Sequence record: DRR378314_1440
Reading direction: 5' to 3' (one strand)
DNA length: 35,840 nucleotides
Shown here: in pieces, positions 28,874-35,840 of the stretch
How positions within the stretch are numbered: position 1 is the stretch's first letter
Layout of the letters: each line of letters begins with the position of its first letter
The notes under the pieces: generated by a model
The model's database searches: none
What the model was told of the DNA's origin: nothing
Seen by the model: the letters and a program-made list of their open reading frames with translations, nothing else
Position numbers and translations under genes: made by a program

Positions 28874-29910
28874 CCCCAGCGCCCCACCGCCAGACAGGCG
28901 AGACCATCGCCCGTCTGAGCGACACCGGCGCCATCATAGCTGAGCGGCGTGACGCTGCTGGCGCTGAGCGCGGTGGCGGCGACCATGCGCGGTGCGCTCT
29001 CGGTCGAGGTCAGGCTCACCACCGGCGGGGCATCAAAGGCCAGGGGAAAGCTCCAACTGCTGCCGCCCGTGCGCGCCGCCCAGCAGATCTGGGTGCCATC
29101 CGCCAGCCGCAGCCAGTCGCCATCCCCGGTGCTGCCCTGCTCCAGCACCGCGCCCGTGGGTACTCCACCGGACAGGGCCACCGCCCCCAAAAGATTGCCC
29201 GGCCCATAGCCCCAATCCGCCCGCATCAGCCGCCCGGTGGTGGTATCGGTGGCAGAGGTTTGCACCGCTGCACCACTCAGATGACCGCTGGCGGGGTCCG
29301 CGCGCAGGGCTTCGGTCCAGTTGCTACCGTCGGGGCTTACTTTCAGCGAAAAGGATGTATCGCCCGCAAGCCCCATCTCCGCATGGCCACTCCAGCCCGA
29401 CTGGAACAGCAGACTGGCGGTGTCGCTGGCACCGGACTTGTTGATCTTCAGCTGATGGCCCGCGCCGGCATGGGTCAACAGCGTAGCCGGGCCGGAAACC
29501 GCCAGCGGGTTCTGCGCATCCGGGCTGGTGGCAATGCCCAGCCGGTCGCGTACCTCTGCCTCTGCCGCCGTCCAGGCGCCACCCTGAAACACCAGCAACT
29601 GACCCGTGTCACGATGCCAGGCCCGCCAGCCCTCTCCGGCGTCAAGAAATCTCCAGGCGCCCTCACACCAGGCGGCCAGCCGACCGCCCTGCCCGGCCCA
29701 GACTCCGGTGGGCGTGCCTCCCAGCGCATGCAGCTCTCCTGCGCTGGGGTCTGCGGGCGGGGTCTCCTGGCCGATCCCCTCCAACACCAGCTGCACCAGA
29801 AGATCGAGCTGCAGCAGGGCCTCGTTATGGGTGACATGTTTCTGCGCCTGAGCCGGCATCAGATAGGGCAGATCCAAGCGGGTGGAACGGTCGGCGGGGA
29901 TGGGGGGCAT
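28870..29910 (-). CDS. DUF2793-domain protein with phage tail-fibre-like C-terminus
   Basis: LPYLMPAQAQKHVTHNEALLQLD...PPADP...W.GQ...W.F...GWRAW (DUF2793). GHQLKINK...SLLFQSGWSGHAEMGLAG. Tail-fibre-tip-like GAVLEQGSTGDGDWLRLADGTQICW...WSFPLAF...AVGRW. Confidence 0.85.
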   Translation of the reverse strand: MPPIPADRSTRLDLPYLMPAQAQKHVTHNEALLQLDLLVQLVLEGIGQETPPADPSAGELHALGGTPTGVWAGQGGRLAAWCEGAWRFLDAGEGWRAWHRDTGQLLVFQGGAWTAAEAEVRDRLGIATSPDAQNPLAVSGPATLLTHAGAGHQLKINKSGASDTASLLFQSGWSGHAEMGLAGDTSFSLKVSPDGSNWTEALRADPASGHLSGAAVQTSATDTTTGRLMRADWGYGPGNLLGAVALSGGVPTGAVLEQGSTGDGDWLRLADGTQICWAARTGGSSWSFPLAFDAPPVVSLTSTESAPRMVAATALSASSVTPLSYDGAGVAQTGDGLACLAVGRWG

Positions 29911-30029
29911 GGAATGATCCTTCGGTTGCAGCCAGCAGGCTCCGATCCTGCCTGTCCCACCTCAAGACACCACCAACAGCGCGCCCGCCCCGTTAACCAG
30001 ACCCGCTCTCGCCGAACCCTGCCGGATAC

Positions 30030-30059
30030 AAAACGGGCCCCTGCAAAGCAGGAGCCCGT
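30030..30059 (-). terminator. Rho-independent terminator downstream of the gfcA-like gene
   Basis: Minus strand ACGGGCTCCTGC-TTT-GCAGGGGCCCGT followed by TTT. GC-rich stem with a G-U pair. Confidence 0.75.
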
Positions 30060-30122
30060 CTGAAACTGTTCTTACACCGGGTGCAGCGGCGTCGTCACGT
30101 CGCCGAAAAGCCCGATATCGGA

Positions 30123-30371
30123 TTAGTTGGTGGTGGTGGTGGTGGTGGTGGTATCGTCGTCGTCGTTCACGACCACGCCAATCACAACCGCTGCGGCAAT
30201 AACGCTGGCTGCGATGCCTGCGGCACCCAGACCGCCAACACCCAGACCTGCGCCTGCGCCTGCGCCTGCACCGCCGCCTGCGGTTGCGCCAGCTTCACCA
30301 CCAGTGGTTTGGGCGAAGGCACCGGTTGCGGCCAGCATTGCGATCGCGGAAGCTGCGATAATATTTTTCAT
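30123..30371 (-). CDS. Small exported Gly/Ala-rich protein with poly-Thr tail, GfcA/YjbE-like
   Basis: SD GGAG, signal peptide MKNIIAASAIAMLAATGAFA, GA-rich linker, hydrophobic helix, tail DDDDTTTTTTTTN encoded by (ACC)8 at 30129-30152. Lies next to yjbF/yjbH homologs. Confidence 0.8.
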   Translation of the reverse strand: MKNIIAASAIAMLAATGAFAQTTGGEAGATAGGGAGAGAGAGLGVGGLGAAGIAASVIAAAVVIGVVVNDDDDTTTTTTTTN

Positions 30372-30524
30372 AACTTAAAACTCCTGTGGAGACTTGGGAT
30401 CCTGAAACGGACACTATGTGAGCGCCCCTGACATTTCAACGCCCCCAATATCACCAAGATCCTTACATTTCAGTTTTTATTTCGCCGTTGCCGAAAAAAC
30501 GCGCGCAACATGTGCGAATCCACC

Positions 30525-31220
30525 TCAATCCACCACCTGACGTGTGCGAATATAGCCAAGACTTGGTCCCGCCCATTGCCGGGACTGCCGCATCCGGCCT
30601 CCTCGCACGTCAATCCAGTAGTCATTGATCACCTTGCCCCCCGAATCATCGCTGCACCGTTCCTGCAGATATCGGGTCGGGTAGCTCCGCCCCACGATGT
30701 CCAGAGCAACGGTCCCCCGATCGTGCAAATCACAGGCCAGCCGAACCCGATAAGAGCCACTGTCGTCGCCGCGGAACTCATAAAGCCGCGCCCCGCCGGA
30801 GGCCGGTCCCATGGCCCCCTGCCCGTCCGCAGGCACCGCCGCGGACAGCATCCCGCCCCGCAACCCCCGGGTCGAGATCAACATGCCATCGCGGAACCCA
30901 AAGCTGATGTTGTCCACCGTGCGCCACAGCTCAATTCGGCCCGGCAGATCATCGCTGCGAGCCAGCTGCAGGGTCACGTAATCGCGCAGCTCTTCCGTCT
31001 CGATCACCACTTCGATATGCGGATCCTCGATGGTGTCCAGCAGCGCCCGCGTCAGGGTTGGCGGCTGTGGCTTGCTACCGCCCCCGAACCGCTGCTTGAT
31101 CTGATCGCGGATCACCTGCCCGACTTCGATCTCCAGCGATTGATCTTCGGGGCCCTGCGCGCAGGCCACCAGAAGGCTCAGCGCCGCAACGCCACCAAGA
31201 CTGCGAAACAGATGCCTCAT
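30525..31220 (-). CDS. yjbF: YjbF/GfcB family lipoprotein (group 4 capsule)
   Basis: Lipobox LVAC, W.T.D...RDGMLISTRGL, E.C...NDYWID...RQSRQW. ATGA overlap with the yjbH-like gene. Confidence 0.82.
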   Translation of the reverse strand: MRHLFRSLGGVAALSLLVACAQGPEDQSLEIEVGQVIRDQIKQRFGGGSKPQPPTLTRALLDTIEDPHIEVVIETEELRDYVTLQLARSDDLPGRIELWRTVDNISFGFRDGMLISTRGLRGGMLSAAVPADGQGAMGPASGGARLYEFRGDDSGSYRVRLACDLHDRGTVALDIVGRSYPTRYLQERCSDDSGGKVINDYWIDVRGGRMRQSRQWAGPSLGYIRTRQVVD

Positions 31221-33418
31221 TCCCAGAACCTCGCGCGCTGGTCTTCCAGGCTCTTGCGGTGGGTCACCCGCACCTGTTCGTAAAGCCGCCCCGGGACGCT
31301 CACACGTTGGCCACCGTCACGCTGCACCGGCCGGATCGTCAGCCCGTAGGCATTGCGCGACGGCTTGCCCAGCAACCAGTTCAGCGGAATGCTCAGCCGG
31401 ATGCCCTTGTCAAAGGAGCCCTCGCCAAAATCATCGGCCGAGACATCCGTTAGCGTGAAGAACCCGCCCAAACGCCAGCCGTTGTTGAAGGTCCGCGTCA
31501 AGGACACCGTCCCACCGACATCTCCGGCCAGGTAGCGGCCCGCATCCACCTGCAGCAGGTAGTTCTTCGGCAGTTCAAGATAGGCAGAGGCATGTCCGGT
31601 CAGCACGTCGTAATCGCGAAAGCCCAACCGCTGGTCAAAATCGCGCTGTCGCACGTAGTTCAACTCAGCGCCAAGCCCCAGACGGCTGTCCACCGGCTTC
31701 CACAACAGCTCGCCCGAGAGGCCGCCATACATGCTCTCGAGATAGCCCACCGTGGCGCGGGCATAGAGGTTGCGCCCCGGCCTCCAGCGCCGCTCCAGAT
31801 AGAGACGGTCCAGCGTGGTATCGGCCTGGGCATATTCCCGTACATTGGTCCGAACCTGCGGCAGACGCGATGTGCCGGGACGGCCATCGGCCACATTGCC
31901 CCAGATCCGTTGCCGTACCGCCCCTGCCAGCTTCCAGCCCGGAGCCGGACTGTAGCTTGCCGTCAGATCCACGCCGACATCCAGTCGGAAGGGGACCGAG
32001 GGGTCGAAATAGGATGGCGACGTATAGGGGCTGAACGCATAGGAAAAGGCCGGATAAAGCTCTTCGGATTGCAGCGCATCGGGCGCCGCCTGTCCGGCAT
32101 CCTGCACCGTGGCAACCGCCCAGATCGCATCGGGGGCCTCGGGCGAGAACTCCAGCGCTTCCAGATCGGAGCGGCGCAGCACCACCGCCGACAGCCCAAG
32201 CCCCCCTGCCGTTGGCACGATGCGGAAAGTCTCGACCGAGGGGGGCAGGCTGCGCGCCATCGCCCGTGCCGTGCGCCCCACCGCCAATGCGGCAGAGTGA
32301 TATCTGGTGTTGCGGATACGCACTTCGGCCTTGGTGCCCTCCAGGGTCACGCTCTCCAGGATGAGACCATCCTGCTTCAGAGATTCGGCCAGCAGGTCGC
32401 GGGTCTTCAGCTTGGCCGTGCGGCTGCCCGCCCAGCTCTGTGCCCACATCGCCTCATCCGGCGCCCAGCTGCTGCGGGGCGCAACCGGAGACGGCGCCGG
32501 CACCTGCATCTTGGTCGCGGGATGGCGCGGGTTCATCTGGATCTGTGCCGAAATGCCAAATTCGGACCCGTAGAGATAATAGGCCCCCAGACGCAGCTGG
32601 CGGCTGGCCTGATATTCGACCCCGAAGTTGAAATCCGACTTGCGTTCAAAAACCTGCGCGCTGCCGCTTTCCAGCGCATAGGCATCAGAGGAATATTCCG
32701 CCTTCACACCCCATTTGCCATGGCGCCACTCCACCCCGGCAAAGGGCGCGACATCACCGCGGAACCACTGGTCGGTTGACAGTTCGCCGCCCGTGTCACC
32801 AGCGGTGAAACTGCCGCGGTTCCCAAGGGTGGCGATCGCCCCGCTGGACCCGAACCGCCCCCAGCCGAGACCAGCGGACACCTTCAGCCGCCCTGGCAGC
32901 GCTTCGGGATCAAAGGTCTTTGTGGCGACGATGTATTCGCTGCCGAACAGGCCCGTACCGGCAAAATCCTGCAGTCCCACAGCCACGGCGGGACGATAAC
33001 GTCCCTCGTTCCAGAGCTGAAAGCGCACATCGAAGTTGCGGTCGTAGTAGGTGTCGAAGCCAAACAGCAGCTGGTTCGGGTTGCCGTTCTGGATGCCGGT
33101 GTAGCGGAAGGCCACCGTCATCCAGGGCAACGCCTGCACTTGCAGGTTGGTGCGGAACTGACCTGCAAACCAGCTGACCGACGTGGCAAACTGTGCATCC
33201 GGCAAGGCCTCCGCACTTGGCATGTCCACCAGCCCCGGCGCCCCATAGAAGTTGAGGCTCGGCGTCTCGGGCCAGGCAAATCCCTGCGGCGTGTTTTCCT
33301 CAGCCCGCAGAGCCTGCGGTAGCAGCGGCGCCGCCAGCAACCCGGCCAGGACAACGGAAGGCAGCCGCATCAAAAAACGCCCGGTCAGGCGTGGCAGGGG
33401 CAGGGTCGGGAAAGTCAC
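31217..33418 (-). CDS. yjbH: YjbH/GfcD family outer-membrane beta-barrel protein
   Basis: NFYGAPGLVDMPSA, YYDRNFD, AVGLQDFAGTGLFGSEYIVATK, GLGWGR, GYLESMYGG, GRYLAGDVG, FGEGSFDKG. Start uncertain (33442 ATG, 33418 GTG after AAGGA, or 33370 ATG). Confidence 0.9.
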   Translation of the reverse strand: MTFPTLPLPRLTGRFLMRLPSVVLAGLLAAPLLPQALRAEENTPQGFAWPETPSLNFYGAPGLVDMPSAEALPDAQFATSVSWFAGQFRTNLQVQALPWMTVAFRYTGIQNGNPNQLLFGFDTYYDRNFDVRFQLWNEGRYRPAVAVGLQDFAGTGLFGSEYIVATKTFDPEALPGRLKVSAGLGWGRFGSSGAIATLGNRGSFTAGDTGGELSTDQWFRGDVAPFAGVEWRHGKWGVKAEYSSDAYALESGSAQVFERKSDFNFGVEYQASRQLRLGAYYLYGSEFGISAQIQMNPRHPATKMQVPAPSPVAPRSSWAPDEAMWAQSWAGSRTAKLKTRDLLAESLKQDGLILESVTLEGTKAEVRIRNTRYHSAALAVGRTARAMARSLPPSVETFRIVPTAGGLGLSAVVLRRSDLEALEFSPEAPDAIWAVATVQDAGQAAPDALQSEELYPAFSYAFSPYTSPSYFDPSVPFRLDVGVDLTASYSPAPGWKLAGAVRQRIWGNVADGRPGTSRLPQVRTNVREYAQADTTLDRLYLERRWRPGRNLYARATVGYLESMYGGLSGELLWKPVDSRLGLGAELNYVRQRDFDQRLGFRDYDVLTGHASAYLELPKNYLLQVDAGRYLAGDVGGTVSLTRTFNNGWRLGGFFTLTDVSADDFGEGSFDKGIRLSIPLNWLLGKPSRNAYGLTIRPVQRDGGQRVSVPGRLYEQVRVTHRKSLEDQRARFWE

Positions 33419-33574
33419 GCGGGGCAATCCTTGCTCATTCATCTGTCTGGCATCTGTCTGGTCCCGCCGGCGTCTGCTGTCATCCGGGACGGGCACCTGT
33501 CTGTTGTCTCGCTTACTGCCCTACCGGTTCGCTCTGATCAACGGTCAAAGCCGGTTTGTTGTGGCCTGTGGCAC

Positions 33575-35467
33575 TCAGGACGTTTTCCGATGCAGGTCGG
33601 ATTGCACATAGCCTTCGACCCACCGCAGGATGACCTGACGTGCGCCCTCTTCATCCCCTCCGGCCACCGCCTGCCGCAGCGCGCGCAAGAAGGCCGCCAC
33701 CTCGATTTCCGACAGCGTCGCCTCGCGGGCACAGAAGATCTTGGGGTGAGCTGTGTGGATCAGTTCGGTGGACAGCGTCAGTTCCTCTTCCAGCTTCTCC
33801 CCCGGGCGCAGGCCGATAATGTCGATGGCAATATCGCCCTCCGGATGATCCGCATCACGCACGCTGTATCCCGCGCTCTCGATCACCTGCCGGGCCAGCT
33901 GCAGGATCGACACCGGCTCGCCCATGTCGAGGACAAAGACCTCGCCCCCGCCCGCCTCGGCTCCGGCCTGCAATACCAGTTGCACCGCTTCGCGGATGGT
34001 CATGAAATAGCGTTTGACCCGCGGATCGGTCACGGTGATCGGACCGCCACGGCTGATCTGTTCCTGAAACAGCGGAATGACCGAGCCCGAAGAGCCCAGG
34101 ACATTGCCAAACCGCACCATGGTGAACACCGTCTTTGCCCCCGGGCTGTGCGCAAGGGTGCGGGTGGCCATGTCCTGGATGATCAGCTCCGCCATGCGTT
34201 TGGAGGCCCCCATCACATTGGTCGGGCGCACCGCCTTGTCAGAGGAAATCAGGATAAAACGCTCCACCCCGAATTCCGCCGCCGCCCGTGCCAGCGTCTG
34301 GGTGCCAAAGACATTGTTGGCCAGCCCCGGCAACGGGTTTGCCTCCACCAGGGGGACATGTTTATAGGCCGCCGCATGCAGTACCACCTGCACCCCGTGA
34401 CGCTCCAGCACCCGGCGCACCTGACGAGGGTCGGTGACCGACCCCAGCACCGGCACCAGCTCGATATCGGTGCCGGTCACCCGCTGCGACAGTTCCTGAT
34501 GGATGGTGTAAAGCGCCAGTTCCGACAGCTCGTACAGCACCAGCTTGGTCGGATGGCAGGCCAGAATTTGCCGGCTGAGTTCAGAGCCGATCGAGCCACC
34601 GGCCCCAGAGACCAGCACCACCCGGCCCGCATAGGACTCCGCACAGCCCTGCAGCGACACATCGCAAGCATCGCGGCTGAGAAAGCTTTGCGGGGGCACC
34701 GGCGTCAGCTTGTCGACCAGCGCCTCTTCTCCGATGAGCTGAGCAAAGGAGGGCAGGGCCTGCACTTCCAACCCCAGCGCCTGCAACCGCTGAATGATCT
34801 GCGCCTGTTTCGGCTGACTGTGCGATGGCATCGCCAGCAGCACCCGTTTGACATTGCGGGCCTTCACCATCTCGGAAATGCGGGAGGGTGCATAAACTGG
34901 CAATCCCATCAGGGTCAGCCCCTGCAGGGATTTGTTGTCATCCACGAAGGCCACCGGATCGATTCCCTCATGAGAGCGCAGCGCCTGCGCCAGCTGGGTT
35001 CCGGTATTGCCCGCGCCATAGATCAGCACCCGTGCCCGGGGCCGTGCCCGGCGATAGAGGGCCAGGACCACCTGCAGCATCAGAGCGCGGGTGCCCACCA
35101 TCAGCAGCAGATAGATAAGGCCAAAGACCACATGCACGCCCGATGGGAGCTCTGGCCCAAAGACAGCGCAGAGCGCGGCCTCCGCCGAAGCCACCACGAT
35201 GGCAAGGACGGCCGTCTGGCTGACTGCGTGGCGTTCATAGGCAATCAGTTGAACTTTCGGCAGTCCCAGCCAATAGGACAGCCCCGCGGCCAACAGCAGG
35301 ATATAGGGCAAAACCGGCAGCATTTGCCCCAGCAGCGTTAGCGCAGAAATCGGCATGTCCTGCAGCAGAAAGGCAAACAGCAGTGCCAGCGGAAGCAACA
35401 GCAAATCCAGCGCCAGGAAAATCGTCGCCTTGCTCTGACGCGTCAGCCGCTCCAGAAATTTTAACAT
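33575..35467 (-). CDS. capD: Membrane-bound UDP-GlcNAc 4,6-dehydratase (CapD/WbpM/PglF family)
   Basis: ATG at 35467 after GAGGTGG. Four N-terminal TMs, LIYGAG, VSGAGGSIGSEL, HAAAYKHVP, SSDKAVRPTNVMGASKR, VRFGNVLGSSGSV, GLRPGEKL. Confidence 0.95.
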   Translation of the reverse strand: MLKFLERLTRQSKATIFLALDLLLLPLALLFAFLLQDMPISALTLLGQMLPVLPYILLLAAGLSYWLGLPKVQLIAYERHAVSQTAVLAIVVASAEAALCAVFGPELPSGVHVVFGLIYLLLMVGTRALMLQVVLALYRRARPRARVLIYGAGNTGTQLAQALRSHEGIDPVAFVDDNKSLQGLTLMGLPVYAPSRISEMVKARNVKRVLLAMPSHSQPKQAQIIQRLQALGLEVQALPSFAQLIGEEALVDKLTPVPPQSFLSRDACDVSLQGCAESYAGRVVLVSGAGGSIGSELSRQILACHPTKLVLYELSELALYTIHQELSQRVTGTDIELVPVLGSVTDPRQVRRVLERHGVQVVLHAAAYKHVPLVEANPLPGLANNVFGTQTLARAAAEFGVERFILISSDKAVRPTNVMGASKRMAELIIQDMATRTLAHSPGAKTVFTMVRFGNVLGSSGSVIPLFQEQISRGGPITVTDPRVKRYFMTIREAVQLVLQAGAEAGGGEVFVLDMGEPVSILQLARQVIESAGYSVRDADHPEGDIAIDIIGLRPGEKLEEELTLSTELIHTAHPKIFCAREATLSEIEVAAFLRALRQAVAGGDEEGARQVILRWVEGYVQSDLHRKTS

Positions 35468-35751
35468 GCTTTCCACCTCACCGTCGGAGTTTTCCTCCAG
35501 TGCCCCGTTTTTTTTGAAACCCGAATTGCTCAATAATTCTGAACAAAATCCCCACGTGCCCGACGCCAATCCTTAGCATCTGCAGTATTACACGCCATAG
35601 TTTTTCCGCGACTGAACATAAAACTACGATATTTCCCTGCCACCTGTCGTTAATCTGCACACGTATCGGCAGAGTCACGCCGCTGAAGCCCAAGCATGCA
35701 TCAAAAAAAACGCGGAGGCGTGGCTTCGCGCCATCGATGATCCACCGCGCG

Positions 35752-35840
35752 ATAGGTCAACCTTCCTGCCACATTGTTTCGCGCGCGAAACAATAGGTCA
35801 GCACTACTTACCCAATGTTTCGCGCGCGAAACAATAGGTC
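35752..35840. repeat. 41-bp-period direct repeats containing the palindrome TGTTTCGCGCGCGAAACA (candidate parS-like sites), truncated by the window end
   Basis: Identical 25-mer TGTTTCGCGCGCGAAACAATAGGTC at 35775-35799 and 35816-35840. Perfect 22-bp palindrome at 35773-35794. ATAGGTC recurs at 35752, 35793 and 35834. Confidence 0.85.

Noticed and set aside
28870-29910. Prophage remnant
   Set aside because: Only one phage-like gene, intact and with host-like GC. No integrase, other structural genes or flanking att repeats were seen.
29991-30000. CtrA box upstream of the DUF2793 gene
   Set aside because: Only a half site (GTTAACC) is present, with no second TTAA at 7-bp spacing on either strand. 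Too weak to call.
33440-33461. 11-bp tandem repeat CATCTGTCTGG x2 near the yjbH start (similar 10-mer near 2076)
   Set aside because: Only two copies of a short unit. This could be chance or a minor duplication, and no function can be supported.
35775-35840. Possible CRISPR array start (25-bp palindromic repeat)
   Set aside because: The intervening sequence is only 16 bp, only two full copies are visible, the repeat is a loopless perfect palindrome, and no cas genes are present. A protein-binding site fits better.

Overview
GC-rich alphaproteobacterial DNA whose gene content and style suggest Rhodobacteraceae/Roseobacter group (inference). Almost the whole window is one large cell-surface glycan locus. 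Left end: two divergently oriented RTX (type I-secreted) genes, namely a serralysin-like M10 metalloprotease that the ORF track misses because it runs off the edge, and a beta-propeller/RTX Ca-binding protein. Middle: three sulfotransferase-fold genes, an RgpF+WbsX/GH99-like fusion, six GT2-type glycosyltransferases, a monotopic phosphoglycosyl transferase, an epimerase, a TviB/WbpO-like dehydrogenase, glf and a methyltransferase-like coiled-coil protein. Right: KpsT/KpsE/KpsM plus Wza-type export genes, a lone DUF2793 phage/GTA tail-fibre-like gene, a gfcD-gfcB-gfcA (yjbHFE)-like cassette lacking gfcC, and capD. The window ends in 41-bp-spaced palindromic repeats resembling plasmid parS sites. 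Most notable: (i) an orphan tail-fibre-like gene inside the capsule export genes, (ii) an in-frame G12 tract in a glycosyltransferase (possible phase variation), (iii) two apparent pseudoenzymes (sulfotransferase and methyltransferase), (iv) the terminal palindrome array. All family assignments come from motif recognition by eye; no database search was run.
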